NCBI GenBank assembly: GCA_028279595.1
Contig: JANQNK010000004.1
Coordinates: forward strand, 64,001 to 128,000
Direction: 5' to 3'
DNA: 64,000 bases
DNA from: Thermoplasmatota archaeon
Lineage (GTDB): Archaea; Thermoplasmatota; JAKEGO01
Part shown: positions 28,966-38,852 of the stretch, piece after piece
Numbering within the stretch: position 1 is the stretch's first letter
Layout of the letters: every line of letters begins with the position of its first letter
Notes under the pieces: generated by a model
Told to the model about the DNA's origin: nothing
What the model saw: the letters and a program-made list of their open reading frames with translations, nothing else
The model's database searches: none
Program-made: the position numbers and the translations under genes

Positions 28966-29410
28966 TCCCGGTGTCCTTGAAGACCTTCTCGAGCCCTTCC
29001 TTCAGGACGGGGGCCATCTCCTCCTTCTTCAGGCAATCCGCGCGCCTCATCGCGGAGACCCTGGTCCTCAGTGTGTAGTGACAGGTGTATCCGATTATCG
29101 TGGGAAGGATCTCGATGTTCTTGAACGGGTCCTCGGTGATGTACCGCTCCATCTCGTCGGGAAGGTGGACCTTGACGAGGGCGGCCACCTCGGGATTCTT
29201 GATCGTGTAGGTAACCTCGTAACGGAAGTCCATGTCCGTGCCGTCGACCGAGGGCAGCTTCTGGGAAACGATATCCAGTATCCTGGGGCGGACATCCACC
29301 CGGATGAGCTTGCCGAGGAACAGACCGAGGCCGGGTTTCAGCATGCCCGCTACCCTTCCCCTTCGAACGATGACGCCCTTCTCGTTCGGCTTCACCCGCT
29401 TGAGGCCCAT
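28805..29410 (-). CDS. Divergent SPFH/band 7 domain protein
   Basis: V.PNEKGVI.R.GR....LKPGL..RVDVR...DI..Q...S.DG pattern; TATA-like ATTAATA ~22-28 nt upstream. Confidence 0.65.
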   Translation of the reverse strand: MGLKRVKPNEKGVIVRRGRVAGMLKPGLGLFLGKLIRVDVRPRILDIVSQKLPSVDGTDMDFRYEVTYTIKNPEVAALVKVHLPDEMERYITEDPFKNIEILPTIIGYTCHYTLRTRVSAMRRADCLKKEEMAPVLKEGLEKVFKDTGIIFDEIVVTDAYPTNKGVEEGVAAITYQVVHPDGSTSILPIGEVDVHPAGLRR

Positions 29411-29544
29411 GGCGCTCGATTGCGGGTTCTGTATTAATATCTTAGGGAAGAAAATGGAGCCATGGGCTCATGGTCGGAACTCGGGACCCGTTGTCCGAGA
29501 ACCGGGCCTGGAAGAGCATGGACTGGTATGTCAGGGAGGGACAT

Positions 29545-29585
29545 GAGACGCGTTGTTCCCCGAGGGGGTCGGGAACGAGCGCGTT
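29545..29585. repeat. 41-nt hairpin element, copy 1
   Basis: gagacgcgttgttccccgagggggtcgggaacgagcgcgtt; ungapped match to copies at 29612 and 38762. Confidence 0.75.
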
Positions 29586-29611
29586 GACCGACATTGAAAA
29601 AGCGCACGATC

Positions 29612-29652
29612 GAGACGCATTGTCACCCGATGACATCGGGGACGAGCGCGTT
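29612..29652. repeat. 41-nt hairpin element, copy 2
   Basis: gagacgcattgtcacccgatgacatcggggacgagcgcgtt; 33/41 identical to copy 1. Confidence 0.75.
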
Positions 29653-29665
29653 CGCTAAGAAGAAT

Positions 29666-29705
29666 GAAAAATGGTACGCACCGCCGGCGCATGGCCGGCG
29701 GGCGT
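29666..29705 (-). terminator. GC-rich hairpin plus U-tract downstream of mscS
   Basis: acgc(a)ccgccggc-gcatg-gccggcgg-gcgt, then TTTTTC on the minus strand. Confidence 0.55.
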
Positions 29706-29719
29706 TTTGTTGTTCGGTC

Positions 29720-30547
29720 TCACTTCCGCTCGATTATGTGCACCGACCTCTTGGTGTACGGTGCAGCGAATCCCTCGGTAGCGAAGGAGTCCTTGAGCGA
29801 CTTCTTCAGGTCGAAGTAAACGTCCCAGTAGTCCGCGGTCTTGACCCACGGCCTCGCGACGATCTTGACGACGGAGTCGCCCATCTCGTTGACCGCGACC
29901 TGGGGTTCCGGATTCTTCAGGACCTTCGGATGCGCCGTCAGGACGTCCATCGTCGTCTTGATCACTCGATCGACGTTCTCGTCGTAGCCTGCAGCGACCT
30001 CCATGTCGATCCTGCGGGTCTTGTTCCTGGTGTAGTTGATGACGTTCGTCGACCAAACGAGCCTGTTGGGTATGATCACGCGTTTGTTGTCGACGGTGTC
30101 CATTTCCGTGGTGGTGATTCCAACGACCCGGATCGAGCCGGACTCGCCGGACACATCAACGTAGTCGCCCTTGTGGAAGGGTTTCGTTATCGATATCATG
30201 AAGCCGGCCGCTATGTTTCCGAGTGTATCGCCCAGGGCGAAACCGAGGACGAAGCCCATGACCACCGCGATGCTCAGGAGGGCATATCCCAGGTCTATGC
30301 CGAGAACGCCGATGGCGAACCCGAAGACGAAGATGTACAGCACGAGCTTCAGGATCCGGGTGGTGAAGTTCGCCAATATCTCGTCGACCTTCATCTTCCT
30401 GAACGACTTCAGCATTATCCTTGCCAACAGCTTGACTATGAAGATCCCAACGACCAGCACCAGTATGAACACTATCAGGTTCCAAATACTGAATCCCAGC
30501 AACGGCATCGGGTCCTCTATGTCCAATCCCATGAATTCTACTCCCAT
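29720..30547 (-). CDS. mscS: Small-conductance mechanosensitive channel
   Basis: Three TMs, GFAL.DTL.N.AAG, KPF..GD.V and IIPN..VW...VINYT....RR.D motifs. Confidence 0.92.
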   Translation of the reverse strand: MGVEFMGLDIEDPMPLLGFSIWNLIVFILVLVVGIFIVKLLARIMLKSFRKMKVDEILANFTTRILKLVLYIFVFGFAIGVLGIDLGYALLSIAVVMGFVLGFALGDTLGNIAAGFMISITKPFHKGDYVDVSGESGSIRVVGITTTEMDTVDNKRVIIPNRLVWSTNVINYTRNKTRRIDMEVAAGYDENVDRVIKTTMDVLTAHPKVLKNPEPQVAVNEMGDSVVKIVARPWVKTADYWDVYFDLKKSLKDSFATEGFAAPYTKRSVHIIERK

Positions 30548-30658
30548 ACGAGATCACCTCTACCAATCGATAAGGGCGAGTTTATTAACGGTTGCCCCTG
30601 ACATGATACCCTTCGAATCCGCGGGCGATAGTGTGTTGGGGGGCTTCAAAGGCCGTCC

Positions 30659-33600
30659 CTATGTTGGAATGTTGTAATTGCAGACCCCGTTCAGCGTCCT
30701 CACTGTCGCGGTCTTGATCCCGGCGTAGGTCGGGGTCGTGGTACCACCGTCCTGTATGGTCATCTCGGTGTTGCCCGTCGTCTCGGTGTAGGTGGCATCG
30801 ATCCTCCATCCGTCGCCGACGGCCACCTGAAGGAGGTCGGTCGTCGTTCCAGCCGTCCTGAGTGTCTTGATCGCTATACGTTCCCCGGACGTGAAGCTCT
30901 GCCATGCCCCATTGTTGTACTTCACCTTGACGAACCTGACCTTCAATATCTTCCAATCACCTGAGAACGACTTGGTGTTCTGCAACTTGAACTTGGCGAC
31001 GTTACCGGCATGGTCGGTGATGATGTACGTGAATGTTGTTCCTGCCTTCTTCTTGATCCTTGCGGGTGAAGGATCGAGCTCATCCGTTGCGTACTTCCGC
31101 AACTTATCCGTGGAGGATTCATAGAAGATGCGCATCTCCGGAGGTGTCGTGTCTATCCTTACAGTAATATTGTGTGCGGTCTCGTTGTTTCCGATGTTGT
31201 CGATGCTTCCGTATTCGACGTAATGCAATCCGTCGGCGCTATGGTCCGACGGGGCGTTGACCGTTGCCGTGTTCCCGGTTCGCCACGGGCCTCCGTCAAC
31301 CCGGTAGTAGGTTTCCAACACACCGGTCTCGAGATCGAATGCGGTAAGATTGATCTGGGTCGTGAACCGGCGCCAGGTTCCGTCGTAGTCGTCGAAAGTG
31401 GAAGGTGCAGTAGTATCATGATAGTACAGTTGATCGAAGGTCTCGTTCCACCATGGACTATATGCGACAGTGCCCCAAATTGGATTGTCATTCTCGTCGT
31501 AGATCAACGACAGGATGTCCATCTCAGAGATCGTGCCCCAGTGATTGTATGTGGCCGATACATCGTTCGTCTGAGAGTTGTATACTGCGTACAATGTGTT
31601 GTTGTGAATGCTGTTGTTGTTGATCTCGAGACCAGTATTCGTATCGATCCGTACCCCATAATCGGAATTCCAGGAGATCACATTGTTGTGGACCTGACTC
31701 CCAGATGTAATTCTGATATATATACCTGAATCGCTGAGGCTGCAGTTGTTGGCCTTTACGATGTTCGAGTCGGAATCGTATATGTAGATACCGTATTCCC
31801 AGTTCTCCAAGCATGTATTGTTATCCACGACATTGTTGTTGGTATCCTCGTACAGGCGGATCCCATACCGGTCATTGTTCACACATGTGTTGTTGGCGAT
31901 CGTGGATGAGCTCGACCCGTTCCATAGATAGATCCCAGCGTGTGTGTTCAATTCGCACCAATTCTCCGATACCTTCACATATGATGATTGGCCTACGAAG
32001 ATACCAGCTAGATAATTGTCGTAGACAGTATTGCTCTCGATCATTGTATTGTTGGACCATAACCATACACGCATGCCCTCATAACCGTTCTTGCTCAGGT
32101 TATTTCCAGCGACCGTGGAGCCGTCAGCATGTTGGGCAAGGATCCCCCTATCACCATTTTTTATGATGGTGTTGTTCCTGATCGATATATCGGACGACGA
32201 GGAAATGAAGATCCCTATGTAATTGTACGATAGATTGCACCACGTGACATTGCCTCCGGTCACCCTGAAGAACCGGATCCCGGATGACTTTCCCGATGCT
32301 CCGCTGCCAGATATCGTCAGGTCCTTAACGGATACCCAGTCCGCTGTGATGTTCACGACGATACCGCTGTTGCTGCCATTGATGTAGGTGGTGTTCATAT
32401 CGGTGCCGGCAAGGGTGATCGACTTATAGATTATCGGATTTTCGAAATATGTCCCCGAACTGACAGTAACGGTGTCGCCGATCGTTGCGGCATCGATACC
32501 GGACTGAATGGTGTCGGCATAGGCCCGGACCGGATTGTAGCTGATGACCACGTACTCCGTTGAAGAGGTGACAGTGGCAGTAGCATACCAAGGTTCGAAA
32601 TCCACATTGGTCGAGACGGCGTCACCGGAACCGGAGCCCTGACCAGATGGCCCGTCGATCGCTCCCCAATAGTTCCTCTCCGCCGTGACAGCGTCTCCCT
32701 GATTGTATAGACCCCAGGTATTTCCGCTGAAGAAGCTGTACTGGATCTGGTTGACGGTCATTCCGGTGGTCAGGATGTAGATGCCATAGGTGTTGTCATA
32801 GTACTCGTTCGAAGGGAGCGATATGGTATCGGCGTTGCCCATGTAGACCCCGCGTGTATTATCGCGGAACGTGTCCCCGGTCAGCGTCACGATCGTTCCG
32901 CTCGACGGGATTATCACTCCGTTGGTGTTGTTGTGCCAGAGGTTTCCGGAGACGTCGGACATGGCACCGTTCCTTGAGAGATATGCACCGTCGAAATAAC
33001 CTGAGACCTCGTTATCGGTTATTGTCGCGAGTCCCCGGTTGTAGATGCCGAACGTGGCCGTGTTCTGTCCATCGAGGTCGTTGTCGTGGATGTCGCCGGA
33101 CCCTGCCGAGTAGTCGATGCCAGTGTTCGATGAGGAGATAATGTTGTAGGAGATATCGAAATTGTTGCCCGAACTGACGTAGATGGCCGCACTGGATGTG
33201 TTGGTCATACTGTTATGCCAGATGTCCATGGAGGCTCCACCCCATTGACGTATGCCGTATGTGCCCTCCACGATGGTATTGTTCTCTATCGTCAGCCATT
33301 GGCTCAGGGTCTGGATATGGATGGCTGCGGTCGAGGAGGAGTAGAAGGTGTTGTTGCCGACATAGTTGTTGTGAGCCGACGATTGAATGTAGACGCCGAT
33401 GTCATTTTCCGAACAATTGGCCCACTCGAGCACGTTCGACGTGGATGATTCGATGTCGATCCCGTAATCGTTATCGAACATGTTGACATCCCATATGTGA
33501 CAGTCCTGGACGGTGTCCAAATGAATTCCGGCATCGGTACCGCTCGAGCCGCTGTTCGTCACGGTGACGGCGGTCAGGTTCACGTCGTCTGCAGTTATCG

Positions 33601-35731
33601 ATAGGACGTCCCCGGTACCGCTGCCATTGATGAAGGTTGTATCACGGCCGGCACCGACGATCGTCAGGGTCTTGTCGACGGTCGGATTCTCGTAGTATGT
33701 GCCTGCAGACACGGCGATCGTATCGCCGGAGGTTGCAGCGTCGATACCGCCCTGGATCGTGTCGGAGACCGCACGGACGGGGTTGTAGGTCACGTTGACG
33801 TACTCCGTTGACGGGGTGACGGTCGGCGTTGAGTACCAGGGCTCGAAGTCGACGTATTCTGTCACGCTGTCTCCGGACCCGGACCCTTCGCCAGATGGAC
33901 CGTCTGACGCGCCCCACCAGTTGTATTCCGCATCTATCGAGACCGTTCCCGAATTGTTGAACCCGTAGTGGTTCCCAGAGATGTTGTTGTAGTTGAAGCG
34001 GCACCCGCTGCTGCCGGTCGAGTCCATGGCGATCCCGTGCCGACCGTTCCCGGTTATCGTATTGTTCGTGAACTCGCTGTCGGATACGGACGGAGCGACC
34101 TCGATCCCCACGCCCTTCTTGTAGATGGTATTGATGTCTGACTGACCTAGCGTCCAGTTGTAGATCCGGACATCGTCGATGGTGCCATCGAACCAGTTGT
34201 TGTCGCCAGTGTTGTCATGTCCGCCGATGCGAAGGTCGTTCTGATTGGTCGCGAACGACCCAGAGGTCGAGTAGGAGGCCCATTCCTCCCCGTTCACGTA
34301 GATGCGTTTCGTCTGGCCGTCGTAGGTCCCTGCGAGATGGGTCCAGGTGTTCAGGTCCACCTGATCGGAGGTGAGCAGCACGTGGGTCGTACTGCTGATG
34401 AAGGTGGTCCACCTTACGGTCCGGGCGTCCGGGTTCAGCTCGAGGACGTAGGACATTGTGGTCGAGGAACCGTCATTGGTGTCGGACCACTTCGAAATGA
34501 TGACCTGGTGGTCCCCCGTCGTCCCGTCGATGTTCACCCATGCCATGGCGGTCACCGTCTGGGAGGGGACATGTGAATCGTCATGCGGGATGTTGACGTA
34601 ATCTGCAGAACCGTCGAAATCGAGTGCGTCGTCGTATTTCCCCGATACCCATGAAGCTGCGGTTATCGTACCATTCGAGGTCCAGGTCTCGTCGATGGCG
34701 GATGATCCCGATCCAGTATCCAGTTTCCAGTATCCGACCAGACCTTCGTTCAATGATCCCAACGTGTCGCCGAAAATCCGATTGTCGGAGATGTTGTTGT
34801 GACGGACCGTAACCTCGGCACCGTACCTGGCCCAAATTCCCCTTTCGTTCCCGGTCAGAGTGTTGTTGGATATCGTGGCGGTCAGCGATGAGCCTACATC
34901 GGTGGACGTACCAACACGCACTCCGCTCCCGACCCCTTGGATATCGTTCCAGGAGACCGTTACACCCGAGTAGGCCTCGCCGCCGGTGAGGTCGATCATC
35001 CTGACGCCGGCGATACCCTGACTGGTGTTGCTGTTGATGGTGTTACCGACGACATCGACGTTCCCCATCTCAAGGCTGACTGCTGAGAAGACGTAGCCGT
35101 AGAACTCGTTGTTGTAGATCGTATGGTTCCCGGTGGCGTTGTGCGGATTGATGTATACACCCTCGCCCATGTTGTCCCAATCGAGATAGAAGACGTTGTC
35201 ACGGACAACGAGACCGGTCACATCGGCCCATTTCCCTGTCTGGATGCATGTCCCACCGACGCCACTTCCGTCCCCGGAGTAGATGGCACAGTCCCTGATG
35301 ACGACGTCGTTCCGGGCAGGGTCATCATAGTCCGATACGACGATGCCCTGACCGCCCCTTCCGTCGGCAGGGCCGTTGAAGTCGAGGAGCATGTTCTCGA
35401 TGACCACGTTAGAGGCATCGATCTCGATGTCATAGACCCCGGCCGCGGGAGCTCCTGTCGCCGTGAAAACGGACCCGGTCCCGTTGCCGGTTATCGTGAC
35501 CTCCTCGTCTACGATGAGGCGTCCGGTGTAGGCCCCTTCGTACACTTCGATAGTGTCGCCGGTCGAGGACGCGTTGATCGCGTCCTGTATCCAGGAGTAG
35601 TCCTGCCATGTCCCCGAGTCATCGTCCACGACATGCGTGGCCCCATCGACACCTGGCATGCTAAACAACATAACGGCTAAAGCTGCGAGAGCGAGCGCTC
35701 TCGGCAGAAAAAACGTTCCACCTGATTTCAT
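30659..35731 (-). CDS. Large secreted protein with three right-handed beta-helix (NosD/CASH-like) modules and a LamG domain
   Basis: Signal peptide; IQ..I.A...GDT..V..G.Y three times; many N..YGI PbH1 turns; LamG (GLVGYWKLD...W.HLAGTYDG...FDG.IDDVRIYN); Ig-like DTTAP/DTTPP. Confidence 0.85.
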   Translation of the reverse strand: MKSGGTFFLPRALALAALAVMLFSMPGVDGATHVVDDDSGTWQDYSWIQDAINASSTGDTIEVYEGAYTGRLIVDEEVTITGNGTGSVFTATGAPAAGVYDIEIDASNVVIENMLLDFNGPADGRGGQGIVVSDYDDPARNDVVIRDCAIYSGDGSGVGGTCIQTGKWADVTGLVVRDNVFYLDWDNMGEGVYINPHNATGNHTIYNNEFYGYVFSAVSLEMGNVDVVGNTINSNTSQGIAGVRMIDLTGGEAYSGVTVSWNDIQGVGSGVRVGTSTDVGSSLTATISNNTLTGNERGIWARYGAEVTVRHNNISDNRIFGDTLGSLNEGLVGYWKLDTGSGSSAIDETWTSNGTITAASWVSGKYDDALDFDGSADYVNIPHDDSHVPSQTVTAMAWVNIDGTTGDHQVIISKWSDTNDGSSTTMSYVLELNPDARTVRWTTFISSTTHVLLTSDQVDLNTWTHLAGTYDGQTKRIYVNGEEWASYSTSGSFATNQNDLRIGGHDNTGDNNWFDGTIDDVRIYNWTLGQSDINTIYKKGVGIEVAPSVSDSEFTNNTITGNGRHGIAMDSTGSSGCRFNYNNISGNHYGFNNSGTVSIDAEYNWWGASDGPSGEGSGSGDSVTEYVDFEPWYSTPTVTPSTEYVNVTYNPVRAVSDTIQGGIDAATSGDTIAVSAGTYYENPTVDKTLTIVGAGRDTTFINGSGTGDVLSITADDVNLTAVTVTNSGSSGTDAGIHLDTVQDCHIWDVNMFDNDYGIDIESSTSNVLEWANCSENDIGVYIQSSAHNNYVGNNTFYSSSTAAIHIQTLSQWLTIENNTIVEGTYGIRQWGGASMDIWHNSMTNTSSAAIYVSSGNNFDISYNIISSSNTGIDYSAGSGDIHDNDLDGQNTATFGIYNRGLATITDNEVSGYFDGAYLSRNGAMSDVSGNLWHNNTNGVIIPSSGTIVTLTGDTFRDNTRGVYMGNADTISLPSNEYYDNTYGIYILTTGMTVNQIQYSFFSGNTWGLYNQGDAVTAERNYWGAIDGPSGQGSGSGDAVSTNVDFEPWYATATVTSSTEYVVISYNPVRAYADTIQSGIDAATIGDTVTVSSGTYFENPIIYKSITLAGTDMNTTYINGSNSGIVVNITADWVSVKDLTISGSGASGKSSGIRFFRVTGGNVTWCNLSYNYIGIFISSSSDISIRNNTIIKNGDRGILAQHADGSTVAGNNLSKNGYEGMRVWLWSNNTMIESNTVYDNYLAGIFVGQSSYVKVSENWCELNTHAGIYLWNGSSSSTIANNTCVNNDRYGIRLYEDTNNNVVDNNTCLENWEYGIYIYDSDSNIVKANNCSLSDSGIYIRITSGSQVHNNVISWNSDYGVRIDTNTGLEINNNSIHNNTLYAVYNSQTNDVSATYNHWGTISEMDILSLIYDENDNPIWGTVAYSPWWNETFDQLYYHDTTAPSTFDDYDGTWRRFTTQINLTAFDLETGVLETYYRVDGGPWRTGNTATVNAPSDHSADGLHYVEYGSIDNIGNNETAHNITVRIDTTPPEMRIFYESSTDKLRKYATDELDPSPARIKKKAGTTFTYIITDHAGNVAKFKLQNTKSFSGDWKILKVRFVKVKYNNGAWQSFTSGERIAIKTLRTAGTTTDLLQVAVGDGWRIDATYTETTGNTEMTIQDGGTTTPTYAGIKTATVRTLNGVCNYNIPT

Positions 35732-35799
35732 CTTGTCACCCCTCAGACGGGCGCACCCGCCGAGCCCATATAAATCGGTGGTAGCGCTTATTACCCTTT

Positions 35800-36930
35800 C
35801 TATCGGGTCAGGTCCGTTCCGCAGACGACCTTCTTCATAGCGAAATCGTGGTATCCGACGATGGCCTTGGCATACCCGGAAAGGTACTCGTCGATCTCCT
35901 CGTCGCCGGTGTCGACCCAGAGGTGTTCGATGTTCCTGAACTTCGTCGGGGTCGCTATGAGTAGTATGTTGTCGAGGGGCACATCTCGGATGACGTCAGC
36001 GCTGATCTGCTGGTTGCCCCGGCCGAAGACGAAGCCCTGTGACCCGATCGGCGTCACAACGATGAAGATTTCCTCCGATGATCCCTTCTGATCGAGGATC
36101 TCGCGTTCGCCGACGTCGCGGGCGATCATCTGGCCACCCCGGTACAGGTCGACCCCGAGAAGTGTCTTGTCCACTCCGAGGGCTTTGCTTGCCGCCCTGA
36201 CCGTGCTGCCTGGACCGAGTATCACGAGCGCATCCGGGTGGTCTCCCAGCACCTCGGAGATGTAATCACCTATTGCCTCCTTGGAGACCTCCTCGGACGG
36301 AGCGGTGTAGACCTGTTTCGTGGATTGGATCAGCTCGGGGACCATCGGAACCCTTGCCGTCCCGAAGATCGAGACCGACAGTCTTCCCTCACGGAAGGCG
36401 TCCTCGTCCAGATCGACGACCTCGCGCTCCTCGAGCATCGCGTTGCCTTCCTTCCAGGCCATGAACACCTCTGCCGCGGCGGTGGGGTTCGCGGCGAAGA
36501 TGCCGGAGTGCATCTTGACCCCGGACGGGATCCCCAGAAGCGGTATCTCGATCCCTGACGCGGAAAGAACGTCGACCGCCGTCCCGTCGCCGCCGCAGAA
36601 GAGGATGATACCGACGCCGTTCTCGACCATGGCCGATACAGCGGTCCTCGTGTCCTCGGCGGTCGTACGGGCCCCCATGTCGGGGAAATGGACGACGCTG
36701 TGCTCCACTCCGAAGGAGGAAAGTATCGCGGCCCCCATGGGCTGACCGCACGAGAGCACCTCGTCCCCCTGGAAAGCTTCAGCGACCAGTTTGAGGAATA
36801 CCCTCGCCCTGTCGGGTGCGACCGGAAGGGCGCCCCGTGCCTCGGCCTCCTCGGACATCCCGTCGGTGCCTTTGAGGGCCACCTTGCCGCCCATCCCGGA
36901 GATGGGATTGATCAGGAAGCCGACACGCAT
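35800..36930 (-). CDS. ATP-NAD kinase family protein (archaeal uncharacterised subgroup)
   Basis: GFLINPISGMGG.VALKGTDG, GGDGTA, GIPSGVKMHSG and QGF.FGRGNQQIS; ATG 36930 (track 36969). Confidence 0.88.
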   Translation of the reverse strand: MRVGFLINPISGMGGKVALKGTDGMSEEAEARGALPVAPDRARVFLKLVAEAFQGDEVLSCGQPMGAAILSSFGVEHSVVHFPDMGARTTAEDTRTAVSAMVENGVGIILFCGGDGTAVDVLSASGIEIPLLGIPSGVKMHSGIFAANPTAAAEVFMAWKEGNAMLEEREVVDLDEDAFREGRLSVSIFGTARVPMVPELIQSTKQVYTAPSEEVSKEAIGDYISEVLGDHPDALVILGPGSTVRAASKALGVDKTLLGVDLYRGGQMIARDVGEREILDQKGSSEEIFIVVTPIGSQGFVFGRGNQQISADVIRDVPLDNILLIATPTKFRNIEHLWVDTGDEEIDEYLSGYAKAIVGYHDFAMKKVVCGTDLTR

Positions 36931-37028
36931 GGAGCGGCAATCCTCGCGGAGATATATGTAACTGTCCATGTGAGCACAGTGGCAAACCTTTTAATCTGAA
37001 AAACGGTTAATAACGGACAGGTGTGAGG

Positions 37029-37568
37029 ATGAACTGTCCCAAGTGCGGAGTGGAGCTTCTAGAGCACGTGTCGTTCTGTCCACTGTGCGGATCGGCTCTG
37101 CCGGACGACCTCTGGCAGAAGAAGAAGTCGAGGACACAGACGCCAAGGCGGAAACCGCGAAAACCGGTCAAGAAGGCCAAGCCCAAGACGGTCACCATGC
37201 GTCCGACGGAGCCCGAACCGGAGGGGCCGAAGACCGTTACGATGAAGCCGGTCGAGGAGAGGCCGAAGACCGTTACCATGCGCCCGACGGAGCCCACACC
37301 TCCGGCACCAGCGCCGCCCGAGGCAGCGCCAGGAAGAACGCAGGTCGAGGAGCCAGCACCACCCGCCACGGAGGTAGCTGAGGAGCCTGTCCCGGCACCA
37401 CCAGCGGAGGAGCCTGCCCCGCCAGAACCGACCGGGGATAAGCCCCCGAGCGGGGAGACGGTTGACATGCTCTGCCCCATGTGCGACAGCATCGTGTCCA
37501 TTCCCGTGGAGAGACCGATCCACGTGAAGTGTCCGAAATGTTCAGAGGAGTACTATTTTGCCAAGTAG
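37029..37568 (+). CDS. Zinc-ribbon protein with Pro-rich repeat linker
   Basis: N-terminal CPKCG...FCPLCG; three PKTVTM(R/K)P.E repeats; C-terminal CPMC...CPKC. Confidence 0.75.
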   Translation: MNCPKCGVELLEHVSFCPLCGSALPDDLWQKKKSRTQTPRRKPRKPVKKAKPKTVTMRPTEPEPEGPKTVTMKPVEERPKTVTMRPTEPTPPAPAPPEAAPGRTQVEEPAPPATEVAEEPVPAPPAEEPAPPEPTGDKPPSGETVDMLCPMCDSIVSIPVERPIHVKCPKCSEEYYFAK

Positions 37569-37595
37569 CGACAACTGAGATCTTTTGGTGTTCAC

Positions 37596-38180
37596 ATGGA
37601 GAGTCCGAGAGCGGTGATCGCAGAGTGCCCGAACTGCGGCGAATCGCCACACACCATAATCAAGGGAAGGATGGGATCGTCGAGGAGGACCCTCGACGCC
37701 ACGGTGAGATGTTCTGAGTGCGAGCACGTCCATCATGTCTCGATAAAGGACAAGGTGGACGTAAAGGTCAGGATGATAATCAGCGATGGACGGGTATCCA
37801 GAAAGGAGATCATCGAGCTCAACCCCGACGACGTGGTCGCGGTCGGAGACGAGATGTTCGCCGGCAGGGATTATGTCCAGATAAGGTCCATAGAGGCAGG
37901 CGAACGCCGTGTTAGGAGCGCTCCGGTGAAGGACATATCTACCATTTGGGCGCGCATCTTCGACACCCTCAAGGTCCGGATATCGATACACCGGGGCAGC
38001 AGGAGCGTCAGCAGGTACGTCCTGGCCCCTCCCGACGAGGAGTTCGGGGTCGGGGACGTCATATCCCTGGACGGGGGAGCGAAGGCGGCGGTGGAGAAGA
38101 TCAAGACCGTCGACGGAAGGTCGCCGAAGAGGGCCCAGGCGAGGGAGATCGTCAGACTCTACGGGAAACCGGTGAGGTGA
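37596..38180 (+). CDS. HVO_0476-family archaeal zinc-finger protein
   Basis: CPNCG...H..IK...VRC.EC.HVH, I.SIE...RV.SA....I.TIWAR and A.A.EI.R.Y. Confidence 0.8.
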   Translation: MESPRAVIAECPNCGESPHTIIKGRMGSSRRTLDATVRCSECEHVHHVSIKDKVDVKVRMIISDGRVSRKEIIELNPDDVVAVGDEMFAGRDYVQIRSIEAGERRVRSAPVKDISTIWARIFDTLKVRISIHRGSRSVSRYVLAPPDEEFGVGDVISLDGGAKAAVEKIKTVDGRSPKRAQAREIVRLYGKPVR

Positions 38181-38186
38181 AGTGGA

Positions 38187-38735
38187 ATGTTCTATCTGAA
38201 GGTCCCGAAGGAGAGGATCGCGGTCATCATAGGGAAGGAGGGGCGGACCAAGAGGCGTATCGAGAAGCAGGCCGGGGTCAAGCTCGAGATCGACTCCAAG
38301 AACGGCGAGGTCAACATCAATGACGACAAGGCTGACCCCATACTCGCCCTCAAGGTCCGCGACGTCGTCAAGGCCATCGGTCGCGGTTTCTCGCCTCGGA
38401 GGGCCGAGACATTGTTCTCTGACGACGCGTACCTGGAGGTCCTTGACATCCGCGATTACGCGGGTAAGAACCCGAAGCGGATCAACCAGGTCCGGGGCCG
38501 TGTCATCGGACGTGATGGCAGGACCCGCGAGATGATCGAGGAGTACACGGAATGTGAGCTCTCCATCTACGGCAACACCGTGGCCATCATAGGATCCCTC
38601 GAATCGGTCGATGCATCGAAACATGCCGTCGATATGCTGCTACGCGGCAGCCGGCATGGAAGCGTGTATAGATACCTTGACCGAAGGAGAAGGGACCAGA
38701 AACAGAAGGAGTTCCAGGAACTCATCGCCGGATGA
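38187..38735 (+). CDS. dim2: KH-domain rRNA processing factor Dim2/Pno1
   Basis: P.ERI.VIIGK.G, AIGRGFSP, GRVIG.DG.TR..IE and G..HG.VY.YL. Confidence 0.9.
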   Translation: MFYLKVPKERIAVIIGKEGRTKRRIEKQAGVKLEIDSKNGEVNINDDKADPILALKVRDVVKAIGRGFSPRRAETLFSDDAYLEVLDIRDYAGKNPKRINQVRGRVIGRDGRTREMIEEYTECELSIYGNTVAIIGSLESVDASKHAVDMLLRGSRHGSVYRYLDRRRRDQKQKEFQELIAG

Positions 38736-38761
38736 TCGGACCCGCCCCGCTGCCAATATTT

Positions 38762-38802
38762 GAGACGCGATGCCGCCCGAACGGATAGGCGGCGAGTGCG
38801 TT
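38762..38802. repeat. 41-nt hairpin element, copy 3
   Basis: gagacgcgatgccgcccgaacggataggcggcgagtgcgtt; same length and ends as copies 1-2, with compensatory stem changes. Confidence 0.65.
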
Positions 38803-38852
38803 CACTTAAATATCAAAAATGTAACCCTGTGGAACGGCATTGGGAGGGGGAT

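Noticed and set aside
29545-29652. Mini CRISPR array
   Set aside because: Only two adjacent copies, 8 mismatches, one 26-nt spacer and no cas genes; variation follows the stem structure.
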